This document shows, one piece after another, positions 47,689 to 59,000 of a stretch of DNA of 64,000 nt; the first letter of the stretch is position 1, and every line of letters starts with the position of its first letter. This stretch comes from Bdellovibrionales bacterium. GTDB lineage: Bacteria; Bdellovibrionota; Bdellovibrionia; Bdellovibrionales; UBA1609. The DNA is taken from positions 249,700 to 313,699 of the forward strand of contig DAHVQG010000002.1 of the NCBI GenBank assembly GCA_027317865.1, in the 5' to 3' direction. A program made the translations under genes and the position numbers. A model generated the notes under the pieces. It was not told where the DNA came from, did not search any database, and saw nothing but the letters and a program-made list of their open reading frames with translations.

Positions 47689-50600
47689 ATGGGGCGCAAA
47701 TGCAATGTCATTTTATCAATCGTGGCTTGTCTATTTGGCGTGTTATTTATTTGTAGATTGGCTAGCGCACAATCCACGCAAAGTATAATTGTTCAAACTC
47801 CTGGGATTTCACCAATTGACGGAGTCCAGGGATCAATACCGATTGATCCAGAAATTAATTTTGGCGAAGTGGTAATCGGTCAATCATCAACAATAGGACC
47901 ATATGGTGGTTACGTTGATTGTGGCGGCAGTTGCGGAGCCGGGGTGGACTATAGTTTTTCGGCAACCTATTCCGGCTCAAGTGATTTTACGGTTATGCAG
48001 CCAGCTTGCACAAGCGGAGATTCTGGGTATCCAGGCTGCTTAATAACCGTAACATTCAAGCCGACTTCGGTCGGCTTGGAGACTTTCACTGTCAACCTAT
48101 ACGAAACGTTAACCCAAAATGGTCAGGTAACATTTTCGGGAATATGGGCCACAATTGTCTACACTGGTACGGGCGTCAAGCCAGGGCAGCCACCGACTAA
48201 TTCCACCACCAGCTGTGGCCAATCTGCCAGTTCATCAATCAACATGGACACACTCGCGCTTTCCGAATCGATCCCACTTGTCGGCGTGCCGGTGACACTT
48301 AATTACTCTAGTGATCGGTTTCGACCGGGATTTGCGTTTTCTCCAAAATCGTTGGGGCTTGGCGGATGGTCACCAAGCATCCTGCATCACTATGATGTTA
48401 CGGACCAAATTCTTTACGATGGCGATGGCGGTTCGCGCCCGGTCCAAGCTGGCACTGATTCGAATGGGTACTATGTTGCGAGTCAAGATGCCCACAAAAT
48501 TTATTATTTCGACTTAAATGGAAATCATTTATACACGAAAGATGCGCTGACAGGCGTTACAATTTATAGTTTTTCTTATGATCCACAAGGTAGACTCAGC
48601 GCGATAACAGATCGATATGGCAACACAACAACGTTTCAGTATTCCGCAAATCAAGTGACAATGACTTCGCCTTATGGGCAGCAAACGATTATGGCTTACG
48701 ACCCAAATGGATTTTTGTCTTCAGTCACGAATCCGGATTCTGAAACCTACAGCATGACCTATGACTCAAATGGTTATTTATTGTCGTTTGAAAAACCGTC
48801 TGGTGAGACAAGTCACGCAACATACGACTCAAATGGGTATGTGCTAAGTGACCTCGGAGCTGGTGGAGATTCACTGAACTTGTCGAGTTACTTTGATCCG
48901 TCATCGCAATATCAAACCGTGAATTCGACAACGGCGCTTGGGCTAACGACATTTTATTATACGAGTGCAAACTCAAGCGGGTCCACGCACGAAGTAAGCT
49001 ATCCGACCGGTCAGTATCGATATGCTTATACTCCCAACATCGGAGCTGGCTATTTGTTTGACTCGGAGGGCATCAGCACGACATCTAACCTGGTCCCAGA
49101 TCCACGATTTGGTGCAATGTCGCCGTACGATCAGGATTTTACGTATTCGGTTGCGAACTCAAATATTGACGTTTCAACGCAAAAAAATGTAACGGCAACT
49201 CTATCGAATTCAAGTGATCCACTAAGTCTCACATCTCTTACGACAACAACTGAGCTTCAAAACGATCCATCTAGAACATCGACCGAAACTTATACGGCTG
49301 CTACAAGTATGATGACTAACGTCTCACCTCTTGGACGAGAAACAACAACTTTACTTAATTCACAAGGCGAAGTTCAGTCCGTAAAAATTGGAAATCTCGT
49401 GCCAATTGACTTTGGCTACAATGGGCATGGAAATCTCACGACATTGTCTATGGGATCAAATCGAAATATGACACTCCAATACGACAATTTAGGTAATGTA
49501 TCGTCTGTTACAAATTTTCTGGGTCAAGCTACACAATTTGAACACGACAAGGCAGGACGTGTAACCGAACAAATTGAGCCAAATGGCAACATCATAAAAT
49601 TTGGCTATGATCCAGATGGCGACCTAACATCGGTCACACCTCCTTCGCGCCCCGCGCACGAGTTTGGATACAATCTATTTGATCTCGTCTCAAGTTATTT
49701 GCCGCCTGAACTTGGAGGCTCAAGTGCTTCTACCACGTACAGTTACAATGCCGATAAACAACTCACAGCCATTAATTTACCAACAGGAGCCACGATCAGT
49801 TACAACTACGCTTCGACGACCGGACTTCTTGATTCAATTGCAATGCCAGACGGAAATTTCACTTATTCATACGTGCCGGATTCAAATCTCGTATCTCAAA
49901 TCGTCTCTCCCGATAATGAAATATTGAGCTATCAATACGCGGGCAAATTTGTCACAAGCGAGGCCTCAAGTGGACCAGTCACCTCGAATTTGTCGATCAC
50001 ATACAATGCCGATGCGACCGTTGCATCGCTTACTCCTACTGATCCATATAATGCGGGAACGACAGAAAATATCTCGTACGACAAAGACGGCCTGGTAGTT
50101 GGATCAGGTGATCTCTCGATGACGCGCAATCAAAATGGCCAAATTTCAAGCACATCGCTAAAAAATATTAACGAAAGCATCACTCATGATGCTTTCGGTG
50201 AAATGACGGCTGATCAGTTCACTTTTACATCGCCTTATGGACGGCAAAATAAATTTGAGATCTTTAATCAACAATATACACGCGACAAACTTGGCCGGGT
50301 TGTAGCTATTGGCTCGGCACGAAATGATGGCGACTGCGACAAAGATCATGGACGCTGCGACGATGACTTTGGGCAAAACGGTCACTTCGGTGGCGACGAA
50401 GGTCATCATTTTGGCCAGCAAACTGAGTACGTGTATGACAGTAGTGGCAACTTAGTTAAAGTCATGAAAGATAATCATGTTGAGCGAATATATAAGTACG
50501 ATCAAAACGAAAACCGTATCGAAGAAATCGCGGATGGTCGTATTATCCATGCCTCATACAATTCACAAGATGAACTCGTTAAGTACGGCAATATCAGCTA

Positions 50601-51663
50601 TCAATACAATAGCGACGGAGAACTTACGAAGAAAACCGTCCATATCGATGACCACGACTCATTTTGGAATTGGCTCACTGGGCGCGACCGTGGATTTGAC
50701 CATAGGAGAGGTATCGCGAGTTGGGGAGATCACCATAACGAAGGTCGGGACCTTGTTACAACTTATTCTTACGATGCAATGGGTGAACTTAAAACCGTCA
50801 AACTCCCTGATGGCCGTTTCATCAGCTACATTTACGACGGCCAAGGTCGACGCGTTGGTAAAGAAATTAATGGCAAACTTGTCGAAGGATTTGTGTATCA
50901 ATCTCAGACCCAGCTTGCGGCCATACTTGATGGTCAGGGCCACATTATGAAACAATTTGTGTATGGCTCAAAGCCAAATATTCCCGATTACATGATTATG
51001 AACGGTAAAGATTATCGAATCATTTCAAACCAAGTCGGCACACCACTTTATGTGGTAAATTCCGAAACCGGAAAAATTGTTGAACATGAGCGAATGGACG
51101 AGTTTGGATATGACGAGCACACGATTCGACGTCCAATGTTGCCATTTGGATTTGCCGGTGGTCTTGCAGATGCCGACACGGGTCTTGTTCACTTCGGTGC
51201 TCGCGACTATGACCCGCAGACGGGTCGTTGGGTGAGCCGCGATCCCATTTTGTTTAAGGGCGGCACCACGAATTTATACCAGTACAGTTTGAACGATCCC
51301 GTGAATTTCAGTGACTCAAACGGACAACAAATATCGCTAGTCGTCGGCATAGGTATGGTTGCAATAGGTTCAGCTGTTGCATCTGGTGTCGCCAGCTATA
51401 TCGCGACGGGTTCAGCATCTACTGCTCTCGGCGCTGCTGGAGCAGGGTTTGTAGCTGGTACAGTAGCCGCAGTAACTGCAATTGCTGGCGCCGGTTCAGC
51501 AGTAGCGGCAGGAGCGGCGGCGGTCGTCGATATAGGCTACGGGCTGCTATCAACGCCAAGTAATTTGCCACCAAATAGCGGGACCGATCTCATGAATGGT
51601 GTCAAATCCATTGGATCGCAAAATAGTAGCGTTGCGTGCCCAGGCTCGGCGGGCTCACAATGA
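47689..51663 (+). CDS. Secreted RHS/YD-repeat (teneurin-like) protein with C-terminal hydrophobic putative toxin domain
   Basis: Signal peptide, Ig-like domain, YD repeats, PFGFAGG..D.DTGLVHFGARDYDPQTGRW..RDP..NLYQY..NDPVNFSDSNG core end. Confidence 0.9.
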   Translation: MGRKCNVILSIVACLFGVLFICRLASAQSTQSIIVQTPGISPIDGVQGSIPIDPEINFGEVVIGQSSTIGPYGGYVDCGGSCGAGVDYSFSATYSGSSDFTVMQPACTSGDSGYPGCLITVTFKPTSVGLETFTVNLYETLTQNGQVTFSGIWATIVYTGTGVKPGQPPTNSTTSCGQSASSSINMDTLALSESIPLVGVPVTLNYSSDRFRPGFAFSPKSLGLGGWSPSILHHYDVTDQILYDGDGGSRPVQAGTDSNGYYVASQDAHKIYYFDLNGNHLYTKDALTGVTIYSFSYDPQGRLSAITDRYGNTTTFQYSANQVTMTSPYGQQTIMAYDPNGFLSSVTNPDSETYSMTYDSNGYLLSFEKPSGETSHATYDSNGYVLSDLGAGGDSLNLSSYFDPSSQYQTVNSTTALGLTTFYYTSANSSGSTHEVSYPTGQYRYAYTPNIGAGYLFDSEGISTTSNLVPDPRFGAMSPYDQDFTYSVANSNIDVSTQKNVTATLSNSSDPLSLTSLTTTTELQNDPSRTSTETYTAATSMMTNVSPLGRETTTLLNSQGEVQSVKIGNLVPIDFGYNGHGNLTTLSMGSNRNMTLQYDNLGNVSSVTNFLGQATQFEHDKAGRVTEQIEPNGNIIKFGYDPDGDLTSVTPPSRPAHEFGYNLFDLVSSYLPPELGGSSASTTYSYNADKQLTAINLPTGATISYNYASTTGLLDSIAMPDGNFTYSYVPDSNLVSQIVSPDNEILSYQYAGKFVTSEASSGPVTSNLSITYNADATVASLTPTDPYNAGTTENISYDKDGLVVGSGDLSMTRNQNGQISSTSLKNINESITHDAFGEMTADQFTFTSPYGRQNKFEIFNQQYTRDKLGRVVAIGSARNDGDCDKDHGRCDDDFGQNGHFGGDEGHHFGQQTEYVYDSSGNLVKVMKDNHVERIYKYDQNENRIEEIADGRIIHASYNSQDELVKYGNISYQYNSDGELTKKTVHIDDHDSFWNWLTGRDRGFDHRRGIASWGDHHNEGRDLVTTYSYDAMGELKTVKLPDGRFISYIYDGQGRRVGKEINGKLVEGFVYQSQTQLAAILDGQGHIMKQFVYGSKPNIPDYMIMNGKDYRIISNQVGTPLYVVNSETGKIVEHERMDEFGYDEHTIRRPMLPFGFAGGLADADTGLVHFGARDYDPQTGRWVSRDPILFKGGTTNLYQYSLNDPVNFSDSNGQQISLVVGIGMVAIGSAVASGVASYIATGSASTALGAAGAGFVAGTVAAVTAIAGAGSAVAAGAAAVVDIGYGLLSTPSNLPPNSGTDLMNGVKSIGSQNSSVACPGSAGSQ

Positions 51664-51896
51664 CGCCAGAGGATCGAGCTACTATTTTGATTCGCATATT
51701 TGGTCCGCTGTGTTTAATACTGAGCCCGATATGGCTTATTTTAATGATACCAGCTGGATTGCACGCGATGCATACACGACACCCTTTATCGGCCGGGCAA
51801 TGGATTTTTATGCTTTTTTTAGGCATCGGCGGTGTTATTTGCGGGCTTTATTGCATGATAACCCAATATGGGTGGTTTCAAAAAAAAGATGAATGA
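51660..51896 (+). CDS. Small two-TM protein, candidate RHS immunity protein
   Basis: ATGA overlap with the RHS stop; two hydrophobic helices. Confidence 0.6.
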   Translation: MTPEDRATILIRIFGPLCLILSPIWLILMIPAGLHAMHTRHPLSAGQWIFMLFLGIGGVICGLYCMITQYGWFQKKDE

Positions 51897-52182
51897 CTGC
51901 ACTTTCTTGTTAAATTAATATGTGAATCTTAGCTGGTCCCGTCGAATCGGATGACACACAGGCCGATAATCTCGGGCCGGGCCGAATAGAAGTCTGCGCA
52001 TTACGATTCAGAATCGAATATCACGCGAGCGATGGAGTCGACACCTAGATGTCAATGGTGCCGGCTGGCCGTGGCCAATATAAACCCAAAAATCGATACG
52101 CGTGTGAACAAGTGGATAATTTAGCTGACAATTTGTGCCGTCTCGACGGCAGCACCACCGAACCGCTACTCCGTTTGGTACA

Positions 52183-53661
52183 TCAATGTAGCGGCGGTGA
52201 TCGTCGCGAGCCGTCGACGTTAATATCTTTTTCAACAGATGAATCTTCGTTTGATCGTTTCTCAGGTGACTTGTCCAGACCCAATGCGGCTCGGCGGTGA
52301 TTCATAGTCGAGTGGCTCAGGCCAAGAAGTTTGGCGGCGTCGCCCCTTCTGCCGTTTGTTGCCGCGAGCGCAGCCGTTAATAAATGTCGTTGAGCTTCCA
52401 TGTAAAGTTGGTCGATATCTTTCATGGGAATAATTTTTCGAGAATCACGAATTTGTCGTAACTGCGTGATCGATTCTCCGAAAGAATCTTTGCCGATCAC
52501 GTCTTTGACATTTTTTTCGGTAATCGTGCCATTGGCGAGTGCGAATGCTTCGTTCACGGCGTTTTCAAGTTCGCGTACATTGCCAGGCCAATTGTGACTC
52601 TTAAGCGCCCTTACGGCTCCGGCAGTAATCGATTTAACTAGATTCGACTTTGCTTCCATCTTGCGCAAAAAATGATGAATTAATGGTTCAATGTCTTCTG
52701 GTCGTTCGCTGAGCGCCGGAACTTCAATTCTCATGCACTTTAGCCGAAAATATAAATCCGACAAAAACTGATCTTGTTCGGCAGCTTTAACAAGATTTCT
52801 GTTGCTCGCAGCGATCACTCGAAAATCTATTGATTTGTCGACACCGCCCACCGGTCGAATCACTTTCTCTTGTAAAACTCGAAGGATCTTTGCTTGCAGT
52901 TCAACGGGCATTTTGTCGATCTCATCGAGAAATATTGTGCCACCGCTAGCTTGCTCGAAAGCGCCGATTTTGTTCTGGTCCGCGCCGGTAAAGGAGCCCT
53001 TCATGTGCCCGAATAGTTCACTTTCAAGCAAATTTGCTGGGATCGCGCTACAGTTAATTACAATAAACGGTTTATTTTTACGTGGCGAATTGTCGTGAAT
53101 GGCTCTTGCAATTTGTTCTTTTCCCGAACCTGTCGGGCCAGTTAACAATACGTTTCCGGGAAATTGGGCGAATCGAGAGGTGAGCTCAGCAATTTTAGCT
53201 AACTCTTGAGAGCGACCAGTCATATTTAATACGCGCGCGATGACCTGTCGGTTCGCTTCTTCGTCTTGATGTACTTTGTATTCATCTTTAAAGAACATCG
53301 TTTTAATTGTATCGAGGAGTTGCTTCGGATTGCCTTTGATTAAAAAATCCTCAGCTCCAGCATCCAAGCACGCTCGACTGACTTGAGGATTTCCGCTGCC
53401 AGAGACCATAACGATTCGAACCTCAGGGCAGACTGTCTTTAGTTGGCGCGCGACCTCATCGCCGTTTATGCCGACGCCGTCTCTTTTCATTTCATAGTCG
53501 AGTAAAACAAATGGATATTTCCTCGGATCTTCTTTAAATAGGATGATACCTTGTTCACCTGATGTGGCCGTTTTGATTTCGAAGCCATCATCTTTAAACA
53601 GCGTTTCAAGCGTTGCCAATGCAAGTGGATCATTGTCGATAGCGAGGATGACAAGTTTCAT
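52183..53661 (-). CDS. Second sigma54-dependent response regulator (no adjacent kinase)
   Basis: REC domain, GPTGSGKE, ESELFGHMKGSFTGA, WPGNVRELEN, HTH. Confidence 0.92.
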   Translation of the reverse strand: MKLVILAIDNDPLALATLETLFKDDGFEIKTATSGEQGIILFKEDPRKYPFVLLDYEMKRDGVGINGDEVARQLKTVCPEVRIVMVSGSGNPQVSRACLDAGAEDFLIKGNPKQLLDTIKTMFFKDEYKVHQDEEANRQVIARVLNMTGRSQELAKIAELTSRFAQFPGNVLLTGPTGSGKEQIARAIHDNSPRKNKPFIVINCSAIPANLLESELFGHMKGSFTGADQNKIGAFEQASGGTIFLDEIDKMPVELQAKILRVLQEKVIRPVGGVDKSIDFRVIAASNRNLVKAAEQDQFLSDLYFRLKCMRIEVPALSERPEDIEPLIHHFLRKMEAKSNLVKSITAGAVRALKSHNWPGNVRELENAVNEAFALANGTITEKNVKDVIGKDSFGESITQLRQIRDSRKIIPMKDIDQLYMEAQRHLLTAALAATNGRRGDAAKLLGLSHSTMNHRRAALGLDKSPEKRSNEDSSVEKDINVDGSRRSPPLH

Positions 53662-53771
53662 ACGGCTCAAATAATACGTCTGCACGCCAATTTGCGCGCA
53701 AAGTAATATCGACTTTTATTGTTTACTTAACATTGATGAAGCATCCGGAGTCTAGGGCAAGCGATTATGGC

Positions 53772-54005
53772 TTACTTTTTAACGAATTTTAACAGTTCCC
53801 AGGGCTCTAAGTCGTACAAATCGGCGAGCTTTGTTAATGTTGCAAGCGTAATATTTCGTCCTGATTCGATTCTCTGGAGGTATTTCCAGTCATGAAAACC
53901 GTTTTCCTCCGCCGCTTCAAGACTCCAGCCTCGTTTTTCTCTAAGCCGTCTTAAGGCGGCCCCAAAATCTTTTAAATACCGACTGATTTCTCTATTTCTT
54001 GTCAC
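53772..54005 (-). CDS. Xre-family HTH regulator
   Basis: FGAALRRLREKRGWSLE...YLQRIESGRNITLATL.KLA. Confidence 0.88.
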   Translation of the reverse strand: MTRNREISRYLKDFGAALRRLREKRGWSLEAAEENGFHDWKYLQRIESGRNITLATLTKLADLYDLEPWELLKFVKK

Positions 54006-54039
54006 TCCATGAGTGTTGCAATTACGTTATAAAAGTAGT

Positions 54040-54055
54040 ACGTAATATATTACGT
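54040..54055. promoter_or_regulatory. Perfect 16-bp palindrome, candidate operator
   Basis: ACGTAATATATTACGT between divergent genes; ATTACGTTAT repeated at 54021 and 54049. Confidence 0.55.
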
Positions 54056-54060
54056 TATTT

Positions 54061-54309
54061 ATGATGAAAATGAAGACTGAAGAGGATTTGGCGATTGTTG
54101 AACAAATTGTAGGTAGACGTCTGTGGTCATTAAGACAAAAGGCTGGGGGTTCGTTTGTGGGCGGTATGCGAAAGAGAGGTCTTTCGTTTGAGCGTGTCCT
54201 ACGAATTGAGCGAAATCCGATGAGTGTGCCGTTGAGTTTATTTTCGGACGCCTTACCCATCTACGGAGTCACTGCTGAAAATCTTTCGAAGCTTATGAAC
54301 GGATATTGA
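54061..54309 (+). CDS. Small Xre/Cro-like protein
   Basis: VGRRLWSLRQK...VLRIERNP pattern; divergent from the Xre gene. Confidence 0.5.
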   Translation: MMKMKTEEDLAIVEQIVGRRLWSLRQKAGGSFVGGMRKRGLSFERVLRIERNPMSVPLSLFSDALPIYGVTAENLSKLMNGY

Positions 54310-54310
54310 A

Positions 54311-54817
54311 GTGACTGGTCATTCAAAGAAAAAATCTCTTTCAGAAGCATTGGAAGAATACTTTAAATTTAAGCTCAAATGTCAACCATCGGATTTTGGC
54401 GAGTTCGCGCGGTCGTATCGCCTTCTAATGGATATCGGCAGCGGGCACGCTGGGGCAATTTCATATCTTGAATTTCTCATTCGACTCGACGTTGCGGAGG
54501 CAGACCCCCAAACGCACCTTCAGTCGGAGTGGATTGCAAAGTTTCTGGAGTTTCTGTTGCAGCATCACGGTACTGAAAGAGCCGATGAGGCAAGCGTCGC
54601 ACTTGCGCAATTTTGGGACTGGTGCCACGAACGCCGCTACATCACGGGGCCTAGGCCTGTAGATTTCGAAACGCGATCAATACGGCCGTTCAGCATTCAT
54701 ACCAAGATAGAACAAAATCCGGCGGATAATCACATTTGGCGCGAGCCACGGCGTCCTTCTCCGCAAGGTAGACCGGCCGATGCCAAACCGTTCCCCCAAA
54801 GAGGACGCGGCCGTTAA
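54311..54817 (+). CDS. Hypothetical protein resembling a tyrosine-recombinase N-terminal core-binding domain
   Basis: EALEEYF...IAKFLEFL...ALAQFWDWCHERRYI..P; no catalytic domain. Confidence 0.45.
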   Translation: MTGHSKKKSLSEALEEYFKFKLKCQPSDFGEFARSYRLLMDIGSGHAGAISYLEFLIRLDVAEADPQTHLQSEWIAKFLEFLLQHHGTERADEASVALAQFWDWCHERRYITGPRPVDFETRSIRPFSIHTKIEQNPADNHIWREPRRPSPQGRPADAKPFPQRGRGR

Positions 54818-55557
54818 CTAACCAGACGTGGGCAAGGTCAATTATCCTATTTATAAAAGTCTGTATCGATTCTCGTACGACAAGCCGAGAAACTTTTGCG
54901 TTCAATCGTCGAATGTGGGAACTTTTAATACATTTTCAAAAACTTCAATCTCACCAAAACACGAGGTGGAGATTTTATAAAAGACAACGAACGGGAAATC
55001 TTCAAGCTCGAAAACTTGTACAATTATTGCGTGCTGGTCTTTATAAATTACCAAATCTCTATTTTTAAATTTTGCCATAGCTCTATTTTATCAACCTCAG
55101 CGGTTAAACATTTTGCGGCCATCTTGGCCGTCTTCTCTTTTAAGATTAAAACGCAAATTTAACTACTTGAAATTATTGAGTTATTTCTGATATTTTCGGC
55201 GCCGTAGTTCTAAACTAGCTTCGGCTGAAAGTTGACCCTATCACTAATGTGATAAATTTAAATTCGAACTGATACGCGACTTGTACTTCGTTCTAAGCCC
55301 AAACACGGCCAACGTGAATTTAAACCCCGCATTTTGTAACTTGGCCATCTCGTATATATCATTGGCCAGCGATCATTTGCGCGGGGTGAAACTTAGAATC
55401 GTTGGATTTTGAAGCAAAGGGTCCAATGCGCTCGTCAAAACGAACAAGTCAGCATCTCCCGCAAAGAGCTGAATACCTCTCGCGTAAATATACAAAAGGT
55501 GCTACGATTCGTTATTCGTGAATGGTGACGTGATGACTTAACCAAAACGCAGAAGGG

Positions 55558-56007
55558 GTGCCGATTTGCGAGCTAAGAGGAAACATGCCCCCGCTTCAAA
55601 AACTTACGGGTCCGGCTGCTAAGGGCATATCTGTTAAAAGTGGCATTTTAGTCATTGATGATATGCCCGATCAACTGCAACTCCAGAAAACAATTCTCGA
55701 GGTCAATAACTACGAGGTCTTCACCGCTGTGGGGGGGCGAGTAGCCCTTGAAATCCTGCGAGAGGTAACGCCTCAGCTGATCTTGCTCGATGTGCACATG
55801 CAAGACATGTCGGGCCCCGAGTTTTTAGACGAGCTCGAAGCCACGCAGCCGGAAATTTTCAATCACGTTCCTATCGTGTTTTTAACGGCGACGGATGCCG
55901 TTCCTGCGGGCAAAGTAACGGGCCTTATCCGTAAACCTCTCGATATTAACGCTTTCTTGTCAGACGTTCAGCGTTATATTGAGAAGGGAAATCTGCGCGT
56001 CACCTAA
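55558..56007 (+). CDS. Single-domain response regulator
   Basis: ILVIDD, LILLDVHM..MSG, FLTA, KP. Confidence 0.88.
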   Translation: MPICELRGNMPPLQKLTGPAAKGISVKSGILVIDDMPDQLQLQKTILEVNNYEVFTAVGGRVALEILREVTPQLILLDVHMQDMSGPEFLDELEATQPEIFNHVPIVFLTATDAVPAGKVTGLIRKPLDINAFLSDVQRYIEKGNLRVT

Positions 56008-59000
56008 GGCAATAATGAAATCAAAAAAACGTAATAAACAACAACCACCGACTATTCGAACGAAAGGCCGGACTGTTGGCAAATCAACTGGATTGTTTCC
56101 TGTTGTCGGGATCGGGGCGTCCGCCGGCGGCCTAGAGGCGATTCGAGAGCTGCTTCAAAATTTACCAGTAGACACGGGGATGGCTTTTATCATCGTCCAA
56201 CATCTGGATCCAAACCACGAAAGTTTAGCGCCGGAAATACTGTCACGAACCACGCGAATGCCTGTTCTCGAAGTCAAAAACGGGATGCGTATCGAGCCTA
56301 ATCATATTTATATGATCCCACCCAATTTTGACATGGCGATAACACATGGCGTGTTAAGTCTGCTGCCGCTGCAAACAGGAACTCGCGGCCAGCCATTGGT
56401 TATCGATTTATTTTTACAATCGCTTGCCCTAGATCAAAAACGCCGCGCTATTGGAGTCATTCTTTCCGGAGTTGCCTCTGACGGGACACAAGGGCTTCGA
56501 GCCATCAAAGCCGCCGGCGGCCTAACGATCGCTCAACACCCGCAATCCGCAAAATATTCGGGAATGCCGAAAAGCGCCATCTCTTCAGGATTTGTGGACT
56601 TAATTCTACTCCCTAAAGATATCGCCAAAGAGTTAACGCGAATATCTAAACATCCCTATGTGACCTCCGCCTACGATGCAAGGTCCGTGGGTGAAAAATT
56701 GCCGAGCTATGCTAACAGCGACAACGCCACACCCGCCGAACCAACGGCGGCGCTACAAAAAATTTTTACTTTACTCCAAACGCTTTCGCGGGTCGATTTC
56801 TCGAATTATAAGCACTTAACTATCATGAGGCGCATTCAGCGGCGAATGATGGTGAGAAGATCCAAAAACATCGACGACTACGCCAAATACCTGCTCGATC
56901 ATCCCGATGAAGTGAAGACTTTGTATGCCGATATCCTGATTCACGTCACCGAGTTCTTTCGCGACCCGAAGGCTTTCAAAATGCTTCAAGAGCGGGTGTT
57001 TCCGCAACTTATCAAAAATAGAAAATCAAATGCGCCGATTCGAATATGGGTACCCGGCTGCTCAACCGGCGAAGAAGCTTATTCAATTGCGATTGTCATG
57101 ACTGAGTTTTTGAACGGCGCCAACGCGAGATACCCGATTCAGATTTTTGCCACCGACATTAGCGAGCAGGCCATTCAAAAAGCAAGAAACGGTTTCTATT
57201 CGCTGGGGATAGAGACCGCCGTCAGCAAAGAACGGATCAAAAGATTTTTTGAAAAAGTCGACGGCGGTTATAAGATTAACAAAGCCATTCGCGATCTCTG
57301 TCTTTTTTCAAGGCACGACGTGACGGCGGACCCGCCCTTTTCAAAATTGGATCTCGTTTCATGTCGCAATGTTTTGATCTACCTGGCAAACGTTTTACAA
57401 AAACGCGTCATACCGGCATTTCACTACGCGCTTAATCCCGGTGGTTTTCTTTTTCTTGGTAGATCCGAGAGCCTTTCGGGGCACACAAAATTATTTGCTC
57501 TCATAGATAGTAAATTTAAAATTTACTTGAAAGAGAATGTGGCGACACCGCTGATCTTGCGCGCGCCCGGCGTGCACGTACCGGATCACTCTTTAATTCC
57601 GAGAACGATCCATAAAGCTAGAGCGGGATTCGATTACTTGTTAGACGCCGAGAGAGTGGCCCTTTCAAGATATGCGCCATCGTTCGTGATCATAAACTCT
57701 GAAATGGAGATCTTGCAGTTTCATGGCCGAACCGCACCCTGCCTCGAAGTTCTAACGGGAGCGCCAACCAATAGTTTGCTTAAAATGGCCCGAAAAGAGT
57801 TGGTTTATGCATTGCGCTCGACGGTACGAGCCGCAAAAGAGAAAAATTCGCCGGCAAGATTTGAGAACCTATCTTTTACCGAAGACGGTAAGCGGCGGAT
57901 TTTCAATATCGAAGTCGTCACGGTAAATCCGACAGACTCGCCCAATCAGCGCAATTATGTCGTTTTTTTCGAAGACGCGTCAACACTGCCCGGCTCAGTG
58001 GGTCCTGGCAAATCTCAATCCGGCAAGCTATCTGAAGCGACAAATGTGCCTCACCACAATCAAAGACTTGCAACAACAAAAAAACTTGAAGAAGAATTAT
58101 TCGCCCTTCAGCAGTACCAGAGGGTATTGGCTGAGCAGTTCGAAGCGGCACAAGAGGAGCTCACCTCAGCTAACGAAGAACTCCAGAGCGCGAATGAAGA
58201 ATTGCAAAGCACCAACGAAGAGCTTGAAACTTCGAAAGAAGAGCTACAATCATCCAATGAAGAGCTGACGACGGTAAATGACGAACTCCAGAATCGAAAC
58301 GCCGAATTGCTCATTCTTGGCAGCGATTTGAACAACGTATTGAATAACGTAGAAATGCCCATTGTTATCGTTGATCGCGATCAACGAATCCGCAAGTTCA
58401 CTCCCCGCGCTGAAAAAGTTTTTAATTTGATTTCAGGTGATATAGGTCGCCCGCTTAGCGATATTCGGCCTAACTTTGCAAGCGATTTAGAAAATATGGC
58501 ATCAAAGGCGATTAAGTCGTTAAGCTCGCAAGAAAGTGAAATTCAGCTCGACAAGAATTTGTGGATGCGCCTTCAGGTTCGGCCGTACAGAACCATTGAC
58601 GACAGGATTGATGGCGCCGTGATCACGCTCGTTGACATTACGGCTCTCAAACTTAATCTGACCGAAAGTCAAGTGGCGTTGAAACACGCGACATCTTTAT
58701 CCGAAGAAGCTGAAGCCGCGAACGCCACAAAAGACATCTTTCTCGCCATGTTGTCGCATGAACTGCGAACTCCATTATCGTCGATTCTGTCGTGGGCGCA
58801 GTTGATCCAGCAAGGCAAAGTCGATGCGGCAAATATCAAAATTGGACTTCAGACAATTGAGCGATCCGCCAAGACTCAAGGGCAATTGATCGACGACCTG
58901 CTGGATGTTGCAAGAATTCAATCCGGTAAATTATCAATAAATTTTGATGATGTCGACCCACGGGAGCCCGTCAAATTGGCCGTCGAAGCCGTTCGCTCTC

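Noticed and set aside
54820-55550. AT-rich gap as a possible hidden gene or att site
   Set aside because: Only short ORFs, and no copy of the tmRNA 3' end found by eye.
58150-58300. Repeating GAAGAG/AACGAAGA units
   Set aside because: They encode the NEELQS heptad coil typical of CheB/CheR hybrids; not a DNA repeat array or CRISPR.
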